From positions 40,798,001-40,862,000 of the forward strand of contig NC_058368.1 of NCBI RefSeq assembly GCF_018350175.1: DNA of 64,000 bases. The letters run 5' to 3'. This document shows, piece by piece, positions 12,732 through 26,199 of the stretch; position 1 is the stretch's first letter, and each line of letters opens with the position of its first letter. The DNA is from Felis catus. Its lineage: Eukaryota. The translations under genes were made by a program, and so were the position numbers. The notes under the pieces were generated by a model. The model searched no databases. It had not been told where the DNA came from and was given only the letters and a program-made list of their open reading frames with translations.

Positions 12732-13150
12732 AATTTCATGGACATTTTTGCCTTATTATTTTTTTCATTTCTTTTCAGATGAATTATCACTATCTTTTCT
12801 GTTACCGAGTATAAAATTTCTGCTTGGAAAAATCTTAGTTCTGCCATCTTCTTGATCACTTTTGTTGTATTTTTATTATTATTCTGAAGTGGTGTTTTCT
12901 TTTTTAGAAATTTTTTTAATGTTTTCATTTATTTTTGAGACATAGAGAGACAGAGCATGAGCAGGGGAGAGGCAGAGAGAGGGGGAGACACAGAATCTGA
13001 AGCAGGCTCCAGGCTCTGAGCTGTCAGCACAGAGCCCGATGTGGGGCTCGAACTCACAGAGCATGAGATCATGACCTGAGCTGAAGTCGGACGCTCAACT
13101 GACTGAGCCACCCAGGTTCCCCCTTTTTAGAAATCTTTAAAAAAAAATCC
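12732..13150 (-). pseudogene. Possible relic exon split by a Can-SINE
   Basis: acaag| then F-F-x-R-F-L-K, the SINE, then KKMAELRFFQAEILY, which resembles RGS L-x-F-F/W motifs. Confidence 0.3.
12912..13123 (-). mobile_element. Can-SINE
   Basis: TSD tttttagaaat. Confidence 0.95.
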
Positions 13151-13371
13151 TTGTTTATATGTGAAAGATGAGTTTAATTTGTTCAAAATAGTAGAATCCA
13201 CTAACATCCTTCCTGATATGTAGAAATTGAATAAGAGTAATTATTAACATCACTAAATACTACACTTTCTCCTTAAACTCAAGCCACCTCTAGTAAGGCA
13301 CATGACCCATGGCAGTCTGTCAAATATACTGATTGAGAGTACTTACATCAAATGTTGTATCAAATGTTACA

Positions 13372-13550
13372 TGTGGCTGGGTGGCTCTGTCGGTTGGGCG
13401 TCTCTTGGTTTCGGCTGAGGTCATGATCTCACGGTTCATGAGTTCGAGCCCCACGTTGGGCTCTGTGCTGACAGTGTGGAGCATACTAGGGATTCTCTCT
13501 GTCCCTCTTCTGCTCACTCCCTCTCACTCTCAAAATAAATAAGCTTAAAA
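13372..13550 (+). mobile_element. Can-SINE
   Basis: SINE body and A-rich tail. Confidence 0.9.
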
Positions 13551-13643
13551 ATGTTTATATGTTATATCATATGTTAGTAAAATTGAAAATCACTATATTT
13601 TATAGAAATAATCTCAGGAGATATCACTGCTTTCTCCACATAC

Positions 13644-13858
13644 CTCAGTTGATCATCATAAAAACTGTCCTCTTCCAGGATCAGATTGGGGTGACATTAC
13701 AATTTGAAGAACATTCACTATGAAGTGCTCCTCACAAACACCTCAGGTGTGGCATTTCTGTTGTTGAATGCCTCTGGATCTCCTCTTTATGAAACATAAT
13801 GATTTCACAAACTTCGGGCAAAATCTCAAGATATTCTCTGCATTTTAGCCCTCTGATC
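13644..13858 (-). pseudogene. Relic exon (215 nt)
   Basis: cttcttgctctctag| ... gag|gtatgt, both strong; fragments CEEHFIVNVL and LILEEDSFY; stops in all frames. Confidence 0.5.
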
Positions 13859-14403
13859 CTAGAGAGCAAGAAGCGATTCCCTCATAAACATCCACTTGGA
13901 AATGCAATAATTTTTAATGAACATACATTAAGCATTTCTCTTTTAAAAAATAGTTAATCCCACATCTCTTCTGAATCACACAAATGGTTTTAAAAATATC
14001 ACATGACCAATCTACTAGAAGTATTCAATATCCTAGTCATAGAAACGTAAGGGAAATGTAATACTATTGTTTAGCAGAAGTTGATATTTATTGATAGAAC
14101 TACTATAACAATAAAACATTTTATTTTTTAAGTCATTCAAATCAAATCATCAATGTTAGTAGGCTAGGCCATTATCACACAAGCCAGCCCCATGTTTGTA
14201 AAAGTTCTCTTATGAGGGGTTCATAAAGTCATAAAATTCTTAGCATGATGAAAGGAAACTAGGCATGAAATTGTGTTTTATAGGAATCTGCTTTTCTATC
14301 CTATTTGTGTCTCCCGTAAAAAGTATTTATAACAGTGTGAATCCCAATTTATTAAAAATTAATGTGTAATTATATTTGTAGAAAGATGAATAAATATTTT
14401 TAC

Positions 14404-14670
14404 CTACACAGGCAAATTGTGCATTTTAATCTAGAATCATATGCCATTTTTTAGACACGCGTTTAAGTGGTCATTTCTTTGTCTACCTATTTTATTTCTA
14501 AAATAGGTTAATATTTACGATCACTTTATTGAGAATAGCTAAAAATGGGACCCTGGAATAAGATTTAATATTAATTTTCAGTATTATGTGACTGGATAGT
14601 AGTGTGTGATCAAGAATCATTAGTGAGATCGTGTCTTGTTCTGTAGCTGTCGACAAGAAAGTCTGCAAAT
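14404..14670 (-). pseudogene. Relic exon
   Basis: tctttctgttctttcaag| ... tag|gtaaaa; phase-2 start (R)FADFLVDSY follows the preceding exon ending in AG. Confidence 0.4.
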
Positions 14671-15781
14671 CTTGAAAGAACAGAAAGACAGAGTTATCCT
14701 TCTTTAAAGTACTTTCTATCCATCAAAGTACAAGCCTCTGACCACACTCCATGCTAATAGTGATAGCCCTTTCCTTTTGCCCCTAAATTCTCCCAATCAA
14801 TTCTTTTTTGTTCGTCCTTCAAAATAACACTTTGCACTTAACATTAAGTTACCAGAAGGTTCTGTGAATGCCAACCCACTGAAAACACCATCTTTCCCAT
14901 ACCTCGGCAAGTAACACGACTCAAAATGGAATCAGCAGATAAATGAGGAATGGCTAGAGAAGCATTTCTTTATGGTATCTCTAGGCTGATTGCCTTAGGG
15001 TTGAACTTTACATTTCTAAAATATTCGTGGGAAATTTAGAACCATAAAATTTCAAACCCATGATTTTTTTATATCATTATGGATCAAGTTAATAGCAGAC
15101 TCATCATTTTAATAATTCATAATTAATCCATACATTATAGTAATTGATATTTAATCTTTATGTAATTGGACACTTCACCTTTGACTCTCTTGATTTATTA
15201 AATTTCCTTGAAAATGCTAAGACATAGAATGTTTAAGAAGGAAAACATACATTTAAAGAATCTATAGTTCTAGGTCAAAGAACATAGTTTTGTTAACTAT
15301 GGAACTAATGCTCATAACATATTTGAGGAAGGATAAAATTCTCTTTTTAACTTATCTCTAATAGGTTCCACATAAACTATCATCTGAAACAAATTTTATC
15401 CTCAATGCCAGGGCAAGTTAACACAAGAATGAAAGGCAGTTTGTTCCCGTAATTTCAAATCTGATTTATTTCTAAATCTGCAGTCACATATTCAGAACAT
15501 GTTTGTGTAATGTTGTGCTAGGAGTCAGATGAAAAGCAAAACTGTGAGTCAGAGAAGTAAAATACTTTGCCTAGGAGTGTACTGCTGGTACATAACATGC
15601 AGAGATTGACATCTAGTTTGTCCAGACTCCAGGCCCTTCTGAATTGTACATATGCTCTTCATTCAGCCCTGACCCCTGGCAGAGAAAACCTACATTTATT
15701 GGAAGGTCACTGCTGAGATTAAATTTCTTTCTCTCCTATGTAAGAACATCTATCAGAATAAAGCAAAAGAAGTCAGCTTAC

Positions 15782-16426
15782 CTGCACCCACCCATTCCCT
15801 GCTCCCACCTGCAACTTGAGTTGTCTCATTTCTTTTTCTCCCCTTCTTTTAGTATATTTCTGTGATGATTTTTTTTTAATTCCACTGTATAAAATTCCAT
15901 TTATTCCTGAAGATAATTAAGCTTAAGTAATTATCATAATTCTTTCTTTCAGGTTCCTTCAAGCGGAGAAAATTCCAAAATGGTGAGTCCTCATCGTTTT
16001 TGTCTTTATGTAGTTATTTGTTTCTAAAACAACTACTCCTGAGATACAGGGGTGGCATGGAATGGCATTTACTTTGAAGGTTTATTTCTGTCTTTCCCCT
16101 GAGATGTTCAGAATATCCACTTATTTCCAATTTATGAGGTACTGGTACAGTTTTTCAGGATTTTGTTTACTACAATGTTGCCACACCCTCCATCAAGGTA
16201 AGTAAGAGTGTGCTGTAGGTAGTAGCTGTAGAGGCACCTTGGTGGCTTCCCCCATACTACCACACACTCATTGCCAGAAGCCATCGTTAAAGCTCATGCC
16301 ATGATGTTGTATTTCCCTCCTTCCTTAACTGTTACCGCCAATTCTTTATGCTAGAAATTCTGGTTTCTCATTTCAATGTGTCATTACATCCTGGAAATCT
16401 CTGACATCCTCTTCTAGCTTAAAGAC
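15782..16426 (-). pseudogene. Large relic exon (645 nt)
   Basis: tgttgttttgatag| ... cag|gtaagc. Contains LHKDKNDEDSPFWNFLRLKEPERKNYDNYLSL, resembling recalled RGSL1 LCADACAGNPFRDHLK; many stops elsewhere. Confidence 0.5.
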
Positions 16427-16869
16427 CTATCAAAACAACACGTCCAAGGGAATTTGGGAAAGAGCACTTGGAGTACTTAAAATTCCCTTTTCATTGCAGA
16501 ATATACAATATATAATGAGATACTCCAGTATTAAGTGAATTGTTTGACACAATTTTTTTTTCTTGAAGAATAAATCAGAGTTTCAACTAGCCATAGCACT
16601 TGACATAATCCCTGAGTTTTCTTTTCCTCCTTTTAGGTCCTTGTAAAAAACATTCATGTCATCTACTACCTCTGGCTTCAGTTAGTTTTACTCATCTGAA
16701 ATAACGTGTAATTTGTATATTTAGATGATTTCAAACACACTTAAAGTTAGGTTTCCCTGAGAAAGTTCTAGGAATGATGTGTTTTGATTATTTTCAGCAC
16801 TTTAAGAAACATCAGGTTGCTTTGATTATTTTGGGTATAAATTTGTAAAACTGAAATTTAGTATCTGTT

Positions 16870-17600
16870 TCTTTCATCAGCAAATACTGTGTAACTGATA
16901 CCCACCACTGCACTAGGTATGACAGATGCAAGGCGGAGACGCGCAGACAAGGATTTCTGCCCTCACGTAATTTAATTTTACTAGGGTAAATGCTTACTCC
17001 AACCACAAAATGAATACATGTATAATTGTTTTTAGTAAGTGCTATGATAAAGGAGGTAAACTGTGCTATGAATATGTTTGCAGGAGGGAACCTGAGTGAT
17101 AGTGAAGAGAAGAAAGATCTGTGATTTAAAGAGTAAAAAGACATTAACTAGAGAAAATATGAAAATGGAGGAATAGGGCAGAAAGACCAATGTGTGCAAA
17201 GCAGGCCAGGCAGGAAAGGGGAGCGCAGTGCAAAATGAGACGGGAAGGTTGGAAGGTCCAAACCGCGTGGATCCTGTAGAAAAAGGCAAAGAACTTTAAC
17301 TTTGTCACACAATTCATGGAAAGCCATTAGATATTTTTTTGTTTGGTTGGTTTGGTTTAAAGATTTTATTTACTTTTAAGTAATCTCTATACCCAGTGTG
17401 GGGCTTGAACCCACAACCCTGAGAACAACAGCTGCTTTGTCCCACCTACTGAGCCAACTAGGCACCCCAGCCATTGGATATTTGTGAGGAGACAGATGCC
17501 ATGGTCATTTTGCCTTTTGGATAATAGATGAGAGAAAAATGTATATTTGGATCGACTAGTTAGAATGATATTACAAAAATACAGGGGGAAATTACTGTAA
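16870..17600 (-). mobile_element. L2 fragment containing a short old Can-SINE (about 17336-17468, TSD agccattagatattt/agccattggatattt)
   Basis: Antisense L2 motifs; short tRNA-derived SINE flanked by a TSD. Confidence 0.65.
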
Positions 17601-17644
17601 ATTGGATGGACTAGACTGCAATAATTTGAAGTTTATTAAAAGAG

Positions 17645-17864
17645 TTCTATGTTCTTAACTTTTTCTATAGGGACCTTGATCATAGATATTTTATACTAGA
17701 CGCCCTCTGTACCTCTGCTGTGATAGCGTGGAAGCAGTCATAGAAATAGAAAAAAAATGTTAACAAATGAGTATGGCTGTACAGATAAAACTTTTTTTTT
17801 TTTTTAACACAGAAGGAGGCTGTGGGTCATATTTGGCTGACAGACTCTAGTTTGTCAACCCCTG
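17645..17864 (+). mobile_element. MER58-like hAT-Charlie MITE
   Basis: …aaatgagtatggctgt…tagtttgtcaacccctg. Confidence 0.7.
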
Positions 17865-17943
17865 TTCTAATGAATAAACAGACAGTGTTTGAGAGGCTTT
17901 TTTTTAAACTATGGAAATTTGTGTTTAAGGTTAAAGACAACGT

Positions 17944-18108
17944 GGGGCCTGGTTGGCTAAGTCGGTTGAGCATCTGACTTTGGCTCAGATCATGGTCTCA
18001 CGGCTCCTGAGTTCCAGCCCCGCATCAGGCTCTGTGCTGACAGCTCAGAGCCTGGAGCCTGCTTCAGATTCTGTGTCTCCCTCTGTCTCTGCCCCTCCCC
18101 TGCTCGTG

Positions 18109-18164
<56 letters not shown>

Positions 18165-18205
18165 AATAAAATAAACATGAAAAAATTTTTAAAAAATTTA
18201 AAAAA
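17944..18205 (+). mobile_element. Can-SINE
   Basis: TSD aaggttaaagacaac. Confidence 0.95.
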
Positions 18206-18646
18206 AGGTTAAAGACAACTTAATATCTACATTTCTTTGATAAAAAAGACATTATTTTGTTAAATCTAATTTCTAATATAAAGTGATTATGTGAAATGGT
18301 TACATTATTTCTCTATAGAGCTGGCAATACATGTGAAAACCTTCCTTAAATGTCTCAATGCATAAATATTTAATATAAAAAATGTGAAGCCAAATACATG
18401 AATTACAAATTTGAGGTTATAAAATTATTTAAACTCATGCACAGTGAACAGCTGGCCTGTCATCATTTATGCACATTCTCTAATTCTTATTACTCGATTT
18501 TATTATATCTATTTTTGTGAAAATGTAAAAGGGGAAACTGGTATGGACACTAAATTCAATGAACCATTAAATAGGTGACAATAGTCATGATAGTCTCCCT
18601 GAATATTAATTAGCATAAGGATACACATATTGAAATTATCACTTAC

Positions 18647-18758
18647 CTTTTCCAGAAAGAATATTTGCATAAAATAAGTTACAACCACAAAGAGAATTAT
18701 ATTTTTGCTTATTAACAACTTCATTACAAAGTTGATTATTTGAATTTAATTTTAGGAT
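18647..18758 (-). pseudogene. Relic exon (112 nt, open in one frame)
   Basis: aaagcag| ... aag|gtaagt (consensus donor); ILKLNSNNQLCNEVVNKQKYNSLCGCNLFYANILSGK. Confidence 0.4.
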
Positions 18759-18784
18759 CTGCTTTAAACATATCTCTTGATTAC

Positions 18785-21055
18785 TTATACTTTTATTTTT
18801 TTCAAGCTTTTATTTAAATTCCAGTTAGTTAACACACAGTGTAATATTAGTTTCAGGTGTGCAACGTAGTGATGCAACAATTCCGTACAACACCCGGTGC
18901 TCATCACAACGAGTGTCTCCTTAATCCCCATCACCTGTGTAACCTATCCTCCCAGCCACCTCCCCTCTGGTGACCATCAGTTTGTTCTCTATAGTTCTGT
19001 TTCTTGGCTTGCCTCCTCTCTCTCTTTTTTCCATTTGCTTGTTTGTTTTGTTTCTTAAATTCCATATATGAATGAAATCATGTGGTATTTGTCTTTCTCT
19101 GACTGCCTTATTTCACTTACCATAATAGTCTCTAGCTCCATCCATGTTGTTGTCAAATGGCAAGATTTCATTCTTTTTGATGGCTGAGTAATATTTCATT
19201 GTATGTATATATCACCTCTTCTTTATCCATTCATCATTAGATGCACACTTGGGCTCTTTCCCTAATTTGGCTATTATAGATAATGCTGCTATAAACATCA
19301 GGGTGCATATATCCTTTGAATTAGTATTTTTGTATTCTTTGGGTAAATTATAGTAGTGCAATTGCTGGATCATAGAATAGTTTTGTTTTTAACGTTTTGA
19401 GGACCCTCCAAACTATTTTCCACTGTGGCTACAGCAGTTTGCATTTCCACCAATCCCACCAACAGTGCAGGATCCTTTTCCCCCACATCCTTGCCAACAC
19501 CTGTTGTTTATTGTGTTGTTGATTTTAGCCTTTCTCTCAGGTATAATATGGTATCTCATTGTAGTTTTGACATGTGTTTCCCTGGGCCATCTGGATGGCT
19601 TATTTGGAAAAATGTCTATTCATGTCCTGTGCCCAGTTTTTAGTTGGATTATTTGTATTTCAAATGTTGAATTTCATAAGTTCTTTATATATTTTGGATA
19701 CAAAACCTTTATCAGATATGTCATTTGTAAGTATCTTCTTCCATCCTCTAGGTTGCCCTATAGTTTCGTTGATTGTTTCTTTTGTTGTACAAAAGCTTTT
19801 TATTTTGATAAAGTCCCAGTAGTTTATTTTTGCTTCTGTTTTCCTTGTCTCAGGAGACATATCTAGAAAGAAGTTGCTATGACCGATGTCAGAGAGGTTA
19901 CTGCCTGTGTTCTCTTCTAGGATTTTGGTTTCACGTCTCATATTTAGGTCTTTAATCCATTTTGAGTTGGTTTTTGTGTTTGGTGTAAGAAAGTAGTCTA
20001 GTTTCACTCTTTTGCATATTGTTTAATTTTCCCAACACCATTTATTAAAGAGATTGTCTTTTTTCCATTGGATATTCTTTCCTGTTTTGTTGAAGATTAG
20101 TTGACTGTATAGTTTGGGGTTTCTTTCTAGATTTTTTATTGTATTCCGTTAATCTATGTGTCTGTTTTTAATGCCAGTACCATACTGCTTTGAGAGAGAG
20201 AGAGAGAATGCAGGGGGGGAGAAGAGAGCTGTATATTACTACAGCCTTGTAATATAACTTGAAGTCTGGAATTGTGATGCTTCAAGCTTTGTTCTTCTCT
20301 TTCAAGTTTGCCTTGGCTATTCAGGGTTTTTTTTGGTTCCATACAAATTTTAGGATTGTTAGTTCTAGTTCTGTGAAAAATGCTGGTGGTATTTTGATAG
20401 GGATTGCATTAAATGTGTAGATTGCTTTAGGTAGTATTAAAATTTTTAAAATATTTGTTCTGGAGTGCCTGGGTGGCTCAGTTGATTAAGCATCCTACTT
20501 TTTTTTTTTTAATGTTTATTTTTGAGAGAGCGAAAGAGAGACAGAGTGCAAGTGGGGGAGGGGCAGAGAGAGAAGGAGACACAGAATCTGAAGCAGGCTT
20601 CAGGCTCTGAACTGTTAGCATAGAGCCCAATGCAGGGCTCAAAGTCACAAATCATGAGATCATGACCTGAGCCAAAGTCGGACGCTTAACCTTCTGAGCC
20701 ACCCAGGTGCCCCAAGTATCTGACTCTTGATTTTGGCTCAGTTGTGATCTCACGGTTTGTGAGTTTGAGCCCCGCTTTCGACTCTGCACTGACAGTGTGG
20801 AGTCTGCTTGGAATTCTCTCTTACTCTTGCTCTCTCTGCACACCCCCCCCATTCTCTCTCTCTCTCAAAATAAATAAATAAACTAAAAACAAAAGTAATA
20901 TTTGTTCTTCCAATCCCTGTGCGTAGAATGCTTTTCCATTTCTTTTTTCCATCTTCAGTTTCTTTCATTAGTGTTTTATAGTTTTCAGAGTACAGGTCTT
21001 TCACCTCTTTGGCTAGGTTCATTGCCAGGTATCTTATGGTTTTGTGGCAATTGCA
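18785..21055 (-). mobile_element. 5'-truncated carnivore L1 with nested SINEs
   Basis: 3'UTR plus ORF2 fragments (KLDYFLTP…SKWIKDLN; MNLAKEVKDLYSENYKTL). Confidence 0.92.
20462..20890 (+). mobile_element. Can-SINE interrupted by an antisense Can-SINE (about 20499-20713)
   Basis: Outer head at 20462 resumes at 20714; inner TSD aagcatcctact/aagtatctgact. Confidence 0.9.
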
Positions 21056-21547
21056 TATTATTTATACTTTCAGATGCAAGACATTTCCTTATTGTTGATT
21101 CATTGTCTCTTTGGGGCAATGATGTATCATGTTTTAAGTAAAACTTTTGGAGAATTAAAAATATCCCAAATTTCCATTCAAACATACAAAAATTTAGAAA
21201 TAATAGCTAATACTTTTAAGACACCTTTTCCCAGGCACTGTTCCTTAATACAATAATATAAGATAGATATTGGTAATATACCTGTTCTACTGGTGAATAA
21301 ACTGAGGTCCAGAAATTTTATATAACTTAACTATGGTCCAACACTTTGTAAATTAGAGTCCCAGAAAATTGGTCATGAGCCTGTGCTCTTAACTTCTATG
21401 CACATAATCTTACAAAGAATGATATTATAAGGTGCCATGAATTCATCTATTTTTTTCTAAGGATTATACATTTCTAAATAAGATCATATTTCAGGGCACA
21501 AAATGGAGACATAAATTCTTTAATAATATTTCAATTTACAAACATAT

Positions 21548-21678
21548 CTTGATGTCTTTTTATTTTCCTTATTTTGTATTTGTTTTACTTTATTTGATTC
21601 CTTTCTGATACAACCAAGATGAATGAAAGCTACTAAAGAAGTAACAGAATGTCTTGTTTCATAGGTGCATGTAGGCAA
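21548..21678 (-). pseudogene. Possible relic exon with a mutated donor
   Basis: aacttttcag| ... aag|atatgt (GT>AT?); open frame LPTCTYETRHSVTSLVAFIHLGCIRKESNKVKQIQNKENKKTS. Confidence 0.3.
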
Positions 21679-22386
21679 CTGAAAAGTTATATTTATACTC
21701 ATTAAACCACATTCTTTCATGATATATATTTATTTATTTTTCTTATACACAGGCATGCACACACAGAGACACAAACACCCATGCATATTTGCATGTACAC
21801 ACAGGTGAATAAACATACACACTCTTCCGTGTCTACCGAACTATACTGAACAGGTACCAGACCTTGCTGTATCATTACCTGAATAAATTCTGGAGACCAT
21901 TTATTTACTTGTGACATATATTTGTTTCTGTCTATTTGTCACACATACACATACACACACATAGCCATAAACACTCATGCACATATCAGCACACATATGC
22001 GCACACAGATCAATGACCACACACTGTGCGGTGTCCACAGATCTAAACTGATTCTTGACCTTGTTTTATCTTTTGCTTAATATTTTCTGCAAATTGGCAT
22101 TGTGGTTCTTGTCTCATTTACTTCATCTGTGAAATTAGGGTAGGAGACTGGTGGCCAAGATGGTCTTTAAGAAACTTGTTTCCTTTTATACTACATCATT
22201 TTGTGTTAATTTTCTTAATTGCGGCATGACAGCATAGAGTGTTTTGGTAATTCTTTTATAGGCTTAATGTCATAACTATGCACATCTTTTATGGCTTGCA
22301 AGTATATCAGACAGAAAAGGAAAAGGAACTTATCTCATGACAATATTAGAGGTTTTTGTGGTCTGAAAATTCCATGTCTTAGTTAC

Positions 22387-22562
22387 ATGATCTATCTCTG
22401 GCTCTGATTTCTAATGGGTCCTTTTGGGAAAAAAGCCACTTCCATTTTTCCATTTTTAAAGAAATATTCATGGACATTGTAGGTTGACAGTTTGTTTCTA
22501 TATCTGTTCTGCTACAGATAGGAACCAGATGAAAATGAATTCTGTAGATATTCATGGACCAC
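22387..22562 (-). pseudogene. Relic exon
   Basis: tttgtttagtag| ... cat|gtaact; fragment WFLSVAEQI*KQTVNLQCP*IFL resembles an RGS22/RGSL1 domain end (AE...L..PW). Confidence 0.35.
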
Positions 22563-23387
22563 CTACTAAACAAACTTGGGTATAAAAATCAATATGGGCC
22601 CAACCATAGGAAAATAATTGTCTTTTGCTGCCTGACTGACCTTTCTGCTGAATACATCAGACTTACACAGAGCTGTGTCATTCTGGGGCTTATTACAAGT
22701 GAATTTAAGTTTTGTGTGTGTGTCCTGACAATTATCCAGCTCGATCATAACAAATATACTCCACTACTGTGGTTTTTTTTTTTTTAATTTGTAAGCTTTG
22801 ATCAGTAAGGATATGCTCACTGTCTCATTATTAGAAAATAATGCAATGTTGTTTCCACTAGCAAACACAATTTGTCAATTGCATTTGTTATTGTTTCCTA
22901 TGGAAAATAACTTCTGGTTACTGTGGATTAATGTAAAACCACACACCATGTCCAAGTAGCTTGGGAAATAAAACATGTCAGCACACTGTATTCAATGACT
23001 GTTTAAAAAATAATAAATAAGCCAAATTATTCAGCAGTGTCATGATATATGGGCATGGTTTCAGGGAGCACAATGTATTACTTCGTAGCATTCAGATAGA
23101 TATAATGAATTAAGAAGCATATATTCAAATTAAAAAATATATATCTATTGCTATGATAGAAGTTGCCATTTAGCTAACTTCTACAGATAAATTATAATTT
23201 AGAAATTTGTCTTTTTATGTTATAATTCTTGAATCCAATAGAAGAAAGTTAAAACTCTGCAAGAGAGAACAATTTGTATCTGGATTTTAGTCATAAACAC
23301 CAATGCTGAAGAATTTTTATATTGAAAACAACCTAGAAATATAAGTTATGAAGTGTCATAAAGAGGGTAATTGAAAAGAAAGAGTGT

Positions 23388-23605
23388 AGGGACAACTAGG
23401 TGGCTCGGTGGGTTAAGCATCCGACTCTTGGTATCTGCTCAGCTTATGATCCCATAGTTCATGAGCTGGAGCCTGACATAGGGCTCTGCACTGACAGTGC
23501 GGAGCCTGCTTGGGATTGTCTCTCTCTTCCTCTCTCTCTGCCTCTTCCCTGCTCTGTCTCCCTCTCTCTCTCAAAATATAATAAATAAAGGTTTAAAGAA
23601 AAAGA
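23388..23605 (+). mobile_element. Can-SINE
   Basis: SINE body and tail. Confidence 0.9.
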
Positions 23606-25009
23606 AAGTATAATATATAAATAAGGTTTAAGGTAAACATAAAAATGATAACATATAAACTGTAATTACTTTCCTGAATATGTTTCATTCAGTGATGTTA
23701 TACTCTTTTCACGTTTTAATGTGTCCTCTTCTTTGCAAGTGGAAACAAACAGCATGTGTAGCTTGAAGTTTTAGAGATTGAATAGTTAGAGCTTTTCGTC
23801 TGAATTCTTCCATCAAGACATGATCATGTTTCTTAACTTCATTTTCTAAATTTCCAGTCTTTAAGATAAGATTAACCTCAATTTTTCAAGAAAGTATGAA
23901 CAGTTTGTAATGACAGGCACACGTTTATCTGATTATTTGCTGGAAGTTAAATTAGGAAGTTGCAGCATTAATTCTGTGAAATCCCATTCTTTAGAAATGA
24001 ACTTGACTTTTGACCAGTTCAGACTTCTTATTTTTTATTATTTCTTAGGAATCTGAAACTCAGTAATCCTTAAAAATCAAACTGAAGTATAATCTAAATG
24101 CGAAGATACATGTATGGTCTTTGTTGTTTTGTTTTTTTTTTCCGCAAACTTAATGGAATTTAGGTAGCTCCTGTAACCAAATATAAGAGAACTAGAATGA
24201 GTGATTTGTCGTTAAAATAAAAGCCATTGTCAAATGTAACTAGAAGTTATTACATATGTTAATATTACATATAAATAATCAATTAAAGAAAACAATGGAA
24301 CTTCAGGGAATAGTCTGATAGTCAAATAACAGAAAATGTTGTCAGTATGCCCCAGTGTCTCTGTGAACAGATGAGTCATTATGCTTCAAGGATAGCACCA
24401 TAAATAAATATATACTGCTTATATGCAATATTAGATAACAAAGTAAAATCATAGAGAGGAAATAATGTACGTGAAGTTTTTGCATTTAGTTGCCACCTAT
24501 CACCTGTTGGAATGATATTATTAAGAAACCTAAAATTTTGTGAATAAAATGATCTTTATCTATTCAGTGATCCCTACAGAAGTACAGATGATGCCTTCTC
24601 TGTCTCTGCTAAGTATTAATAAATATCACTTTTAAAGTACAATTTTTCTGTCTCTTCATTGATTATAACACTGGGCATTTTTCTTGCTTCTATCCTGGAT
24701 GAAATTCTCATATGTTTCTGTAGCCTTTAGTCTTTGTAGGCTGTTTTAGTTATCTTTATATATTAGTTAACTGTCATAGTATTTTAAATATCAGCAAAGA
24801 AATATTGGCTCTTATGGTACATAAGTAACAATGGAGTAGACAAATTCCCATGTGTCAGTTACTATGTTAATTACTTAGTGATTTCATCAAATTACTAAAC
24901 ATGTACATAATTGTGTGTATATATCTGTACATGTGCAGTGAATAACTATAGATTTCTTATTCTATGAAACTCTAATTTATTATGAATAAATTTAACTCAT
25001 AATCACTGA

Positions 25010-25225
25010 GTACTTCCCGTTACGAAATCTCTTTGTCTTGCTTATATCACTTAATTATAACAACAATCTTGTAAGGGCAGTTCTTACTCTGACTATTTCA
25101 CTCATGCAGAAACAGACCTCGTGGAGTTCAGCCAGTTAGCAAAGGTCACAGAGCTAGAAAGGGGTGGAGATTGTGGTAAATCTTAGGTCCTCTGGCTCCT
25201 AACTCTGTTCTCCCTTTATAACAGT
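25010..25225 (-). mobile_element. MIR
   Basis: …aacaatcttgtaagg…aaggtcacagagctagaaag… MIR core. Confidence 0.6.
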
Positions 25226-25425
25226 ACACTACTTAGAGTTTTTTCCCTCCTTAGCAAGAGTGTCAATGCCCTTTCTAACTCTTACCTTCATTGACTAACA
25301 AAAATTCTCTCCACAACTCATTATTGTCATCCTTACATACTTATTTCCAATAGGTTTTATCCACTTTATGAACCAGGTCAACATCTTTCTATTTATAAAG
25401 TCTCCAGAGACTTGTTAATGCTTAC

Positions 25426-25523
25426 CTCACATCCATTTATTTTATATTCCAGCCACCTCACCCGGAATCCAGTAGTACTTGTCTTCTCAGGGGTGTCAAA
25501 AGTCTTCTAGCCTGCAGCATCCT
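25426..25523 (-). pseudogene. Relic exon (98 nt)
   Basis: ctatttttatag| ... gag|gtaagc, both strong; at least one stop in every frame. Confidence 0.45.
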
Positions 25524-25845
25524 CTATAAAAATAGGGCTCTTCTACATCTATAACTCATCAATGACCTAATATGCTGTGCATCTCTACAACTACATTTAA
25601 TTTCCTTATCAATTATATATATGTGTGTGTATATGTAAATGATATCAATTATACATATGATAGCATTAATATATATGCATATATGAAGCTTTTCTACACT
25701 TTTTTGGTGGGGAGTCTCTTTCAGTGTCTTACAACAATACAATAGTATTCAAACAAATTTATTTACTCTGTTGGATTTACGGTGTAAAGAAAGATGCTGT
25801 GAAAGAAACATATGAGCTGCAAAATATATAATTCCCCAAATCTAT

Positions 25846-26081
25846 ATTTTATTTTTTTTTTAATTTTTTGATGTTTATTTATTTATTTATTTATTTTTGG
25901 AGAGAGACAGAGCATGAGTAGGGGAGGGACAGAGAGAGAGAGGGAGACACAGAAACTGAAGTAGGCTCCAGGCTCTGAGCTGTCAGCACAGAGCCTGACA
26001 CAGGTCTCGAACTCACTAACTCTGAGATTATGACCCAAGCTCAAGTCAGATGCTTGACTGACTGAGCCACCCAGGCACCCC
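25846..26081 (-). mobile_element. Can-SINE
   Basis: Antisense SINE body with T-rich tail. Confidence 0.95.
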
Positions 26082-26199
26082 TAAATTTTAGATTTTAAAA
26101 CAGAACAACTTGTTTTGTGGACCCCTTTTGTATTTTATAAATAAACTCCCGTGTTTGCGTGATTACATCTATTTGTTGCTCAGTCTAATGGGACCTTAC

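Noticed and set aside
16330..16355. HKELAVTVK resembling SLC9C1 HPEIAVTVK
   Set aside because: Short isolated match with no support from neighbouring blocks.
24500..24770. Coding-looking minus-strand block
   Set aside because: No clear splice boundaries or motif; may belong to the relic gene but is unsupported.
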